From Vicugna vicugna (Eukaryota), in NCBI GenBank assembly GCA_013265495.1, contig MU057795.1, forward strand, positions 1-39,432: a stretch of 39,432 nt of DNA, written 5' to 3'. The translations under genes and the position numbers were made by a program. A model generated the notes under the pieces. It was not told where the DNA came from, ran no database searches, and saw only the letters and a program-made list of their open reading frames with translations. Below are positions 25,662-37,000 of the stretch, in pieces (positions within the stretch are counted from its first letter, which is position 1; each line of letters begins with the position of its first letter).

Positions 25662-26471
25662 ACTTCAAACCGGCACTAGCAAACACACTGAGAAACCAGG
25701 GTGAGTGTTTCTCCTGCTAGCCGTTCCGTTTGTGCAAGATGAAAAAACATCTCCCCACATGTACAGTTCTGAGAGTTAAGTGTGTGTGAAAGCCGTCCTT
25801 CACCTAGCTTGTTGGGAACATAAAGTTTCTCTTCAGTTGCAAACTCCATTCCATACATTTATATGGGGAGGGCAAGCTCTAAGTCGGTTTTACAGTGAAA
25901 ACGGCAGGCACTTCAAACCGGCACTAGCAAACACACTGAGAAACCAGGGTGAGTGTTTCTCCTGCTAGCCGTTCCGTTTGTGCAAGATGAAAAAACATCT
26001 CCCCACATGTACAGTTCTGAGAGTTAAGTGTGTGTGAAAGCCGTCCTTCACCTAGCTTGTTGGGAACATAAAGTTTCTCTTCAGTTGCAAACTCCATTCC
26101 ATACATTTATATGGGGAGGGCAAGCTCTAAGTCGGTTTTACAGTGAAAACGGCAGGCACTTCAAACCGGCACTAGCAAACACACTGAGAAACCAGGGTGA
26201 GTGTTTCTCCTGCTAGCCGTTCCGTTTGTGCAAGATGAAAAAACATCTCCCCACATGTACAGTTCTGAGAGTTAAGTGTGTGTGAAAGCCGTCCTTCACC
26301 TAGCTTGTTGGGAACATAAAGTTTCTCTTCAGTTGCAAACTCCATTCCATACATTTATATGGGGAGGGCAAGCTCTAAGTCGGTTTTACAGTGAAAACGG
26401 CAGGCACTTCAAACCGGCACTAGCAAACACACTGAGAAACCAGGGTGAGTGTTTCTCCTGCTAGCCGTTCC
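25662..26471 (+). repeat. About 3.3 apparently identical 248-bp monomers
   Basis: Identical ORFs at 25676/25924/26172 and 25780/26028/26276. Private variants CTGCTAGCCG, GCAAGATGAAAAAACATC and GAGGGCAAGCTCTAAG are shared. Confidence 0.93.
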
Positions 26472-29400
26472 CTTTGTGCAAGATGAAAAAACGTCTCCCC
26501 ACATGCAAAGTTCTGAGAGTTAAGCGTGTGTGAAAGCCGTTCTTCACCTAGCTTGTTGGGAACATAAAGTTTCTCTTCAGTTGAAATCTTCACTGTATAC
26601 ATATATATGGGGAGGTACAAGCTCCAGGTTGGTTTTACAGTGAAAACTGCAGGAACTTGACACCGGCACTAGCAAACACACTGAGAAACCAGAGTGAGTG
26701 ATTCTCCTGCAACAAATTCCGTTTGTACTAGATGAACGTACGTCTCTCCACATGTGCATTTCTGAGAGTTAAGCGTGTGTGAAAGCCATACATCACTTAC
26801 TTTGTTGGGAAAACAGTTTCTATTCATTTGCAAACTCCACTCCATACATATATATGGGGAGGTACAAGGTCCAACTCGGTTTTACAGTGAAAACGGCAGG
26901 CACTTCAAACCGGCACTAGGAAACAGACTGAGAAACCAGAGTGAGTGATTCTCCTGCAACAAATTCCGTTTGTACTAGATGAACGTACGTCTCTCCACAT
27001 GTGCATATCTGAGAGTTAAGCGTGTGTGAAAGCCGTCCTTCACCTAGCTTGTTTGGTACACAAAGTTTCTCTTCAGTTGCATACACCACTCCATACATAT
27101 ACATGGGGAGGGACAAGTTCCAAGTCGGGTTTACATTGAAAACTGAAGGAACTTCAAACCGGCACTAGGAAACACAGTGAGAAACCAGAGTGAGTGTTTC
27201 CCCTGCAAACAGTTCCCCTTTTGCTTGATGAAACAACACCTCTCCACATGCACAATTCATAGAATTAAGGGTGTGTGAAAGCCTCCCTTCACCTAGTTTG
27301 TTGGGAACACAAAGGTATACATCAGTTGCAATATCCAATCCATAAATATATATGGGGAGGTACAATCACCAACTAGGTTTTACTGTGAAAACTGCAGAAT
27401 ATTCAAAGCCGCATTAGGAAACACACTGAGATCCCAGAGTGAATGTTTCCCCTGCAACCCATTACCTTTCTGCAAGATGAACGAACGTCTCTCCACACGA
27501 TCAGTTCTGACAGTTAAGCATGTGTGAATGCCGTCCTTCACCTAGCTTTTTGGGAACACAAAGTTTTGTTCGGTATTAAACTCCACTCCATACATATACG
27601 TGGGAAGGTACAAGCTCCAAGGCGGTTTTAAAGTGAATTCTGCAGGAACTTCAAACCGGCACTATTAAACACACTGAAAAACCAGAGTGAGTGTTTCCCT
27701 GCATCCCGTTTCCTTTCTGCTAGATGAACGAACGTCTCTCCACATGCTCAGTTCTGACAGTTAAGCATGTGTGAATGCCGTCCTTCACCTAGCTTTTTGG
27801 GAACACAAAGTTTTTGTTCGGTATTAAACTCCACTCCATACATATACGTGGGGAGGTACAAGCTCCAAGGCGGTTTTACAGTGAATTCTGCAGGAACTTC
27901 AAACCGGCACTATTAAACACACTGAAAAACCAGAGTGAGTGTTTCCCTGCATCCCGTTTCATTTCTGCTAGATGAACGAACGTCTCTCCACATGCTCAGT
28001 TCTGAGAGTTAAGCGTGTGTGAATGCCGTCCTTCACCTAGCTTGTTGGGAACACAAAGATTCTCTTCAGTTGCAAACTCCCCTCCATACATATATATGGG
28101 GATATACAAGCTCCAAGTCGATTTTACTGTGAAAACTGCAGGAACTTCAAACCGGCACTAGGAAACAAACTTAGAAGCAGAGTGAATGTTTCTCCTATAA
28201 CTCGTTCACTTTGTGCTAGATGAACCAACATCTCTCAACACGCTCAGTTCTGAGAGTTAAACGAGTGTGAGAGCCGTCCTTCACATACCTTGTTTTGTAC
28301 AAAAAGTTTCTCTTCAGTTGCATACTCCACTTCATACATATATATGGGGAGGGATAATCTCAAAGTTGGATTTACAGTGAAAAATACAGGAACTTCAAAA
28401 CGGCACTAGGAAACACACTGAGAAAACAGAGTGAGTGTTTCCCCTGCAACCAGTTATCCTTTTCCTTGATGAAATAAAGTCTCTCCACATGCTCAATTCA
28501 TAGATTTAAGCGTGTGTGAAAGCCTCCCTTCACCTAGCTTGTTGGGAACACAAAGGTATACTTCAGTTGAAATCTTCACTCCATACATATATATGGGGAG
28601 GAACAAGCTGCAACTAGGTTTTACAATGAAACCTGCAGAATTTCCTAAGCCGCATTAGGAAACACACTGAGGTCCCAGAGTGAATGTTTCCCTGCAACCG
28701 ATTCCCTTAGTGCTAGATGAACGAAAGTTCTCCACATGATCCGTTCTGAAAGAAAAGCGTTTGTGAAAGCCGTCCTTCATATAGCTTGTTGGGAACACAA
28801 AGTTTCTCTTCAGTTGACAACTCCACTCCATACATATATATGGGTAGGTTCAAGCTCCAAGTCGGTTTTACAGTGAAAACTGCAGGAACTTCAAAGAGGC
28901 ACTAGGAAACACACTGAGAACCCAGAGTGAGTTTTTCTCCTGAAACCCGTTCCCTTTCTGCTAGATGAACGAACGTCTCTCCACACGCTCAGTTCTGACA
29001 GTTAAGCATGTGTGAATGCCGTTCTTCACCTAGCTTTTTGGGAACACAAAGTATTTGATCGGTTTTAAACTCCAATCCATACATATATGTGGGGAGGTAC
29101 AAGCTCCAAGGCGGTTTTACAGTGAATTCTGCAGGAACTTCAAACCAGCACTATTAAACACACTGAAAAACCAGAGTGATTGTTTCCCCTGCATCCCGTT
29201 TCCTTTCTGCTAGATGAACGAACGTCTCTCCACATGCTCAGTTCTGAGAGTTAAGCGTGTGTGAATGCCATCTTTCACCTAGCTTGTTGGGTACACAAAG
29301 TTTCTCTTCAGTTGCAAACTCCACTCCATACATATATATGGGGATATACATGCTCCAAGTCGGTTTTACTGTGAAAGCTGCAGGAACTTCAAAACGGCAC

Positions 29401-31223
29401 TAGGAAACACACTGAGAACCCAGACTGAGTGTTTCTCCTACAACCCGTTCCATTTGAGCTAGATGAACGAACGTCTCTCCACACCCTCAGTTATGAGAGT
29501 TATATGAGTGTGAAAGCCGTCCTTCACTTAGCTTGTTTTGTACACAAAGTTTCTCTTCAGTTGCAAACTCCACTCCATATATATATGGGGAGGAACAGGC
29601 TCCAAGTCGGTTTTTTACACTAAAAACTGGAGGAACTACTCCAAGTCGGTTTTACTGTGAAAGCTGCAGGAACTTCAAAACGGCACTAGGAAACACACTG
29701 AGAACCCAGACTGAGTGTTTCTCCTACAACCCGTTCCATTTGAGCTAGATGAACGAACGTCTCTCCACACCCTCAGTTATGAGAGTTATATGAGTGTGAA
29801 AGCCGTCCTTCACTTAGCTTGTTTTGTACACAAAGTTTCTCTTCAGTTGCATAAACCACTCCATACATATATATGGGGAGGGACAATTTCCAAGTCGGGT
29901 TTACATTCAAAACAGCAGGAACATCAAAACGGCACTAAGAAACAGACTGAGAAACCAGAGTTAGTGTTTCTCCTACAACCCGTTCCCTTTGTGCTGGATG
30001 AACGAACGTCTCTCCACATGCTCAGTTCTGAGAGTTAAGCGTGTGTGAAAGTCGTCCTTCACCTAGCTTGTTGGGAACACAAAGATTCTCTTCAGTTGCA
30101 AACTCCACTCCATACATATATATGGGGAGGTACAATCTCAAATTCGGATTTACAGTGAAAATTACAGGAACTTCAAAACAGCACTAGGAAACACACTGAG
30201 ATCCCAGAGTGAATGTTTCCCCTGCAAGCCATTCCCTTCGTGCTAGATGAACGAACGTTCTCCACATGATCCGTTCTGAGAGAAAAGCTTTTGTGAAAGC
30301 AGTCCTTCATGTAGCTTGTTGGGAACACAAAGTTTCTCTTCAGTTTACAACTCCACTCCATACAAATATATGGGTAGGTTCAAGCTCCAAGTCGGATTTT
30401 CAGTGAAAACTGCAGGAACTTCAAACAGGCACTAGGAAACACACTGAGAAAACAGAGTGAGTGTTTCCCCTGCAACCTTTTCCCTTTTTGCTTGATGAAA
30501 CACGTCTCTCCACACGCTCAGTTCTGAGAGTTAAGAATGTGTGAAAGCCGTCCTTCACCTAGCTTGTTGGGAACACAAAGTTTCTCTTTAGTTACAAACA
30601 CCATTCCATACATATATATGGGGAGGTAAAATTCCAAGTGGTTTTGACAGTGAAAACTGCAGGAACTTCAATCCGGCACTATCAAACACACTGAAAAACC
30701 AGAGTGAGTGTTTCCCTTGCAACCCGTCCCATTTGTGATAGATGAACGAACGTCTCTCCACATGCTCAGTTCTGAGAGTTAAGCGTGTGTGAAAGCCGTC
30801 CTTCACATAGCTTGTTGGGAACAAAAAGTTTCTCTTCAGGTGCAAACTCCAATCCATAAATATATATGGAGATGTACAACCTCCAAGTCGGTTTTACAGT
30901 GAATACTGCAGCAACATCAAAACAGCACTAGGAAACACAATAGAACCCAGAGTGTGTGTTTCTCCTACAACCCGTTCCCTTTGTACTAGATGAACCAACG
31001 TCTCACCACACGCATAGTTCTGAGAGTTAAACGAGTGTGAATGCCGTCCTTCAACTAGCTTGTTTTGTATACAAAGTTTCTCTTCATTTGCATACTCCAC
31101 TCCATACATATATATGGGGAGGTACAATCTCAAATTCGGATTTACAGTGAAAACTACAGGAACTTCAAAACAGCACTAGGAAACACACTGAGATCCCAGA
31201 GTGAATGTTTCCCCTGCACTGCA

Positions 31224-31329
31224 NNNNNNNNNNNNNNNNNNNNNNNNNNNNNNNNNNNNNNNNNNNNNNNNNNNNNNNNNNNNNNNNNNNNNNNNNNNNN
31301 NNNNNNNNNNNNNNNNNNNNNNNNNNNNN
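31224..31329. other. Assembly gap (106 N)
   Basis: Run of N. Confidence 0.99.
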
Positions 31330-32975
31330 TCAGTTGACAACTCCACTCCATACATGTATATGGGTAAGTTCAAGCTCCAAGTCGGTTTTTTAGTGAAAAC
31401 TTCAGGAGCTTCAAACAGGCACTAGGAAACACACTGAGAAAACAGAGTGAGTGTTTCCCCTGCAACCAGTTCCACTTTTGTTTGATGAAATAAATTCTCT
31501 TCGCATGCTCAATTCATAGAATTCAGCGTGTGTGAAATCCTCCCTTCACCAAGCTTGTTGGGAACACAAAGGTATACTTCATTTGAAATCTCCACTCCAT
31601 ACATATATATGGGGAGGAACAAGCTCCAACTACGTTTGACAGTGAAACCTGCAGTATTTTCTAAGCCGCATTAGGAAACACACAGAGATCCCAGAGTGAA
31701 TGTTTCCCCTGCAAACCATTCCCTTTGTGCTAGATGAACGAAAGTTCTCCACATGATCCGTTCTGAAAGAAAAGCGTTTGTGAATGCCGTACTTCATGTA
31801 ACTTGTTGGGAACACAAAGTTTCTCTTCAGTTGACAACTCCATTCCATACACATATATGGGTAGGTTCAAGCTCCAAGTCGGTTTTACAGTGAAAACTGC
31901 AGGAACTTCAAACCGGCACTAATAAACACACTGAAAAACCAGAGTGAGTGTTTCCCCTGCATCCCGTTTCCTTTCTGCTAGATGAACGAACGTCTCTCAA
32001 CATGCTCAGTTCTGAGAGTTAAGCGTGTGTGAAAGCCGTCCTTCACCCAGCTTGTTGGGAACACAAAGTTTCTCTTCAGTTGCAAACTCCACTCCATACA
32101 TATATAAGGGGATGTACAAGCTCCAAGTCGGTTTAACTGTGAAAACTGCAGGAACTTCAAAACGGCACTAGGAAAAACACTGAGAACCCAGAGTGAGTGT
32201 TTCTCCTACAACATGTTCCCTTTGTGCTAGACGAACGAACATTCTCCACATGATCCGTTGAGAGAAAAGCGTTTGTGAAAGCCGTCCTTCATGTAGCTTG
32301 TTGGGAACACAAAGTTTCTCTTCAGTTGCAAACTCCACTCCATATATATATGGGGAGGTACAGGCTCCAAGTCGCTTTTACAGTGAAAACTGCTGGAATT
32401 TCAAACCGGCACTAGGAAACACACTGAGAAACCTGAATGAGTGTTTCTCCTGCAACCAGTTCCCTTTGTACTAGATGAACGAAGCTCTCTCCAAACGCTC
32501 ACTTCTCATAGCTAAGCTTGTGTGAAAGCCTTACTTCACATAGATTGTTGGGAACACAAAGTTTCTCTTCAGTTGCAAACTCCACTCCATGTATATATGG
32601 GGAGGGACAAGCTCCAAGTCGGTTTTACAGTGAAAACTGCTGGAAATTCAAAACGGCAATAGGAAACAAACTGAGAAACATAGCGAGTGTTTCTACGATA
32701 ACTCGTTCCCTTTGTGCTAGATGAACAAACGTCTCTCAACACACTCAGTTCTGAGAGTTAAATGAGTGTGAGAGCCGTCCTTCACATAGCTTGTTTTGTA
32801 CAAATAGTTTCTCTTCAGTTGACAACTCCACTCCATACATATATATGGGGAGGTACAATCTCAAAGTTGGATTTACAGTGAAAACTACAGGAACTTCAAA
32901 ACGGCACTAGGAAACACACTGAGAAACCAGAGTGAGTGTTTCCCCTGCAACCAGTTCCCCTTTTGCTTGATGAAA

Positions 32976-33224
32976 NNNNNNNNNNNNNNNNNNNNNNNNN
33001 NNNNNNNNNNNNNNNNNNNNNNNNNNNNNNNNNNNNNNNNNNNNNNNNNNNNNNNNNNNNNNNNNNNNNNNNNNNNNNNNNNNNNNNNNNNNNNNNNNNN
33101 NNNNNNNNNNNNNNNNNNNNNNNNNNNNNNNNNNNNNNNNNNNNNNNNNNNNNNNNNNNNNNNNNNNNNNNNNNNNNNNNNNNNNNNNNNNNNNNNNNNN
33201 NNNNNNNNNNNNNNNNNNNNNNNN
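32976..33224. other. Assembly gap (249 N)
   Basis: Run of N. Confidence 0.99.
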
Positions 33225-33351
33225 TGACAACTCCATACATATATATGGGTAGGTTCAAGCTCCAAGTCGGTTTTAAAGTGAAAACTGCAGGAACTTCAAA
33301 CAAGCACTAGGAAACACACTGAGAACCCAGAGTGAGTTTTTCTCTTCTCCT

Positions 33352-34080
33352 NNNNNNNNNNNNNNNNNNNNNNNNNNNNNNNNNNNNNNNNNNNNNNNNN
33401 NNNNNNNNNNNNNNNNNNNNNNNNNNNNNNNNNNNNNNNNNNNNNNNNNNNNNNNNNNNNNNNNNNNNNNNNNNNNNNNNNNNNNNNNNNNNNNNNNNNN
33501 NNNNNNNNNNNNNNNNNNNNNNNNNNNNNNNNNNNNNNNNNNNNNNNNNNNNNNNNNNNNNNNNNNNNNNNNNNNNNNNNNNNNNNNNNNNNNNNNNNNN
33601 NNNNNNNNNNNNNNNNNNNNNNNNNNNNNNNNNNNNNNNNNNNNNNNNNNNNNNNNNNNNNNNNNNNNNNNNNNNNNNNNNNNNNNNNNNNNNNNNNNNN
33701 NNNNNNNNNNNNNNNNNNNNNNNNNNNNNNNNNNNNNNNNNNNNNNNNNNNNNNNNNNNNNNNNNNNNNNNNNNNNNNNNNNNNNNNNNNNNNNNNNNNN
33801 NNNNNNNNNNNNNNNNNNNNNNNNNNNNNNNNNNNNNNNNNNNNNNNNNNNNNNNNNNNNNNNNNNNNNNNNNNNNNNNNNNNNNNNNNNNNNNNNNNNN
33901 NNNNNNNNNNNNNNNNNNNNNNNNNNNNNNNNNNNNNNNNNNNNNNNNNNNNNNNNNNNNNNNNNNNNNNNNNNNNNNNNNNNNNNNNNNNNNNNNNNNN
34001 NNNNNNNNNNNNNNNNNNNNNNNNNNNNNNNNNNNNNNNNNNNNNNNNNNNNNNNNNNNNNNNNNNNNNNNNNNNNNNNN
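33352..34080. other. Assembly gap (729 N)
   Basis: Run of N. Confidence 0.99.
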
Positions 34081-37000
34081 GTTCCAAGTCGGGCTTACAG
34101 TGAAAACTGAAGGAACTTCAAACCGGCACTAGGAAACACACTGAGAAACCAGAGTGAGTGTTTCCCCTGCAACCAGTTCCCCTTTTGCTTGATGAAAAAA
34201 CATCTCTCCACATGCTCAATTCATACACATAAGCGTGGGTGAAAGCCTCCCTTCACCTAGCTTGTTGGGAACACAAAGTATACTTCAGTTGAAATCTCCA
34301 CTCCATACATATATATGGGGAGGAACAAGCTACAACTATGTTTACAATGAAACCTGCAGAATTTTCTAAGCCGCACTAGGAAACACACTGAGATCCCAGA
34401 GTGAATGTTTCCCCTGCAACCGATTCCCTTTGTGCTAGATGAACGAACGTCTCTCCACATGCTCAGTTCTGAGAGTTAAGCGTGTGTGAAAGCCGTCCTT
34501 CACCGAGCTTGTTGGGAACACAAAGTTTTTGTTCGGTTTTAAACTCCACTCCATACATATATATGGGGAGGAACAAGCTACAACTATGTTTACAATGAAA
34601 CCTGCAGAATTTTCTAAGCCGCACTAGGAAACACACAGAGAACCCAGAGTGAGTTTTTCTCCTGAAACCCGTTCCCTTTCTGCTAGATGAACGAACGTCT
34701 CTCCACATGATCAGTTGTGAGAGTTAAGCGTGTGTGAAAGCCGTACTTCACCAAGCTTTTTGGGAACACAAAGTTTTTGTTCGGTTTTAAACTCCACTCC
34801 ATACATATATATGGGGATGTACAAGCTCCAAGTCGTTTTTACAGTGAAAACTGCAGGAACTTCAAAACGGCACTAGGAAACACACAGAGAACCCAGAGTG
34901 AGTTTTTCTCCTGAAACCCGTTCCCTTTCTGCTAGATGAACGAACGTCTCTCCACATGCTCAGTTCTGAGAGTTAAGCGTGTGTGAAAGCGGTCCTTCAC
35001 CAAACTTGATGGGAACAAAAAGTTTCTCTCCAGGTGCAAAATCCAGTCCATACATATATATGGGGATGTACAAGCTCCAAGTCGTTTTTACAGTGAAAAC
35101 TGCAGGAACTTCAAAACGGCACTAGGAAACACACAAGAACACAGAGTGAGTGTTTCTCCTACATCCCGTTCCGTTTGTGCTAGATGAACCACCTTTTCTC
35201 AACACGCACTGTTCTGAGAGTTAAACGAGTGTGAAAGCCGTCCTTCACCTAGCTTGTTTTGTATACAAAGTTTCTCTTCAGTTGCATACTCCACTCCATA
35301 CATATATATGGGGAGGTACAAACTCTAATTCGGATTTACAGTGAAAACTACAGGAACTTCAAAACGGCACTTGGAAACACACTGAGAAAACAGAGTGAGT
35401 GTTTCCCCTGCAACCAGTTCCCTTTTGCTTGGTGAAACAAAGTCTCTCCACATGCTCAATTCATAGAATTAAGCGTGTGTGAACGCCTCCCTTCACCTAG
35501 CTTGTTGGGAACACAAAGGTATACTTCAGTTGCAATATCCACTCCATAAATATATATGTGGAGGTACAAGCTCCAACTAGGTTTTACTGTGAAAACTGCA
35601 GAATATTCAAAGCCGCATTAGGAAACACACTGAGATCCCAGAGTGAATGTTTCCCCTGCAACCCATTCCCTTTCTGCTAGATGAACGAACGTCTCTCCAC
35701 ACGCTCAGATCTGACAGTTAAGCATGTGTGAATGCCGTTCTTCACCTAGCTTTTTGGGAACACAAAAATTTTTTGTTCGGTTTTAAACTCCACTCCATAC
35801 ATATATGTGGGGAGGTACAAGCTCCAAGGCGGTTTTACAGTGAATTCTGCAGGAACTTCAAACCGGCACTATTAAACACACTGAAAAACCAGAGTGAGTG
35901 TTTCCCCTGCATCTCGTTTCTTTTCTGCTAGATGAAAGAACGTCTCTCCACATGCTCAGTTCTGAGAGTTAAGCGTGTGTGAATGCCGTCCTTCACCTAG
36001 CTTGTTGGGAACACAAAGTTTCTCTTCAGTTGCAAACTCCACTCCATACATATATATGGGGATATACAAGCTCAAACTCGGTTTTACTGTGAAAACTGCA
36101 GGAACGTCAAAACGGCAATAGGAAACAAACTGAGAAACAGAGTGAGTGTTTCTCCTATAACTCGTTCCCTTTGTGCTAGATGAACCAACGTCTCTCAACA
36201 CGCTCAGTTCTGAGAGTTAAACGAGTGTGAGACCCGTCCTTCACATAGCTTGTTTCGTACACAAAGTTTCTCTTCAGTTGCATACACCACTCCATACATA
36301 CACATGGGGAGGGACAAGTTCCAAGTCGGGCTTACAGTGAAAACTGAAGGAACTTCAAACCGGCACTAGGAAACACATTGAGAAACCAGAGTGAGTGTTT
36401 CCCCTGCAACCAGTTCCCCTTTTGCTTGATGAAAAAACATCTCTCCACATGCTCAATTCATAGACAAAAGCGTGGGTGAAAGCCTCCCTTCACCTAGCTT
36501 GTTGGGAAAACAAAGGTATTCTTCAGTTGCAATATCGACTCCATACATATATATGGGGAGGTACAATCTCTAACTAGGTTTTACAGAGAAAATTTCAGAA
36601 AATTCTAAGCCGCATTAGGAAACACACTGAGATCCCAGACTGAATGTTTCTCATGTAACCCATTCCTTTTGTGCTAGATTTACGAAAGTTCTCGACATAA
36701 TCCGTTCTGAGAGAAAAGCGTTTGTGAAAGCCGTCCTTCACGTAGCTTGTTGGGAACACAAAGTTTCTCTTCATTTGCCAACACCACTCCATACATATAT
36801 ATGGGTAGGTTCAAGCTCCAGGTCCGTTTTATAGTGAAAAATGCAGGAATTTCAAACCGGCACTAGGAAACACACTGAGAACCCAGAGTGAGGGTTTCTC
36901 CTACAACCCGTTCCCTATGTGCTAGACGAACGAACGTTCTCCACATGATCCATTCTGAGAAAAAAGCGTTTGTGAAAGCCGTCCTTCATGTAGATTGTTG

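Noticed and set aside
32976..33224. Gap of exactly 249 N, equal to the monomer length
   Set aside because: The flanks are out of phase (about position 10 before and position 104 after), so the match looks coincidental to an estimated gap size.
31214..33351. Short duplications at gap edges (CTGCACTGCA at 31214-31223; TTCTCTTCTCCT ending at 33351)
   Set aside because: They abut N runs and are most likely contig-end artefacts.
31065..34132. Longer ORFs of up to 266 aa
   Set aside because: They consist largely of X residues read through N gaps.
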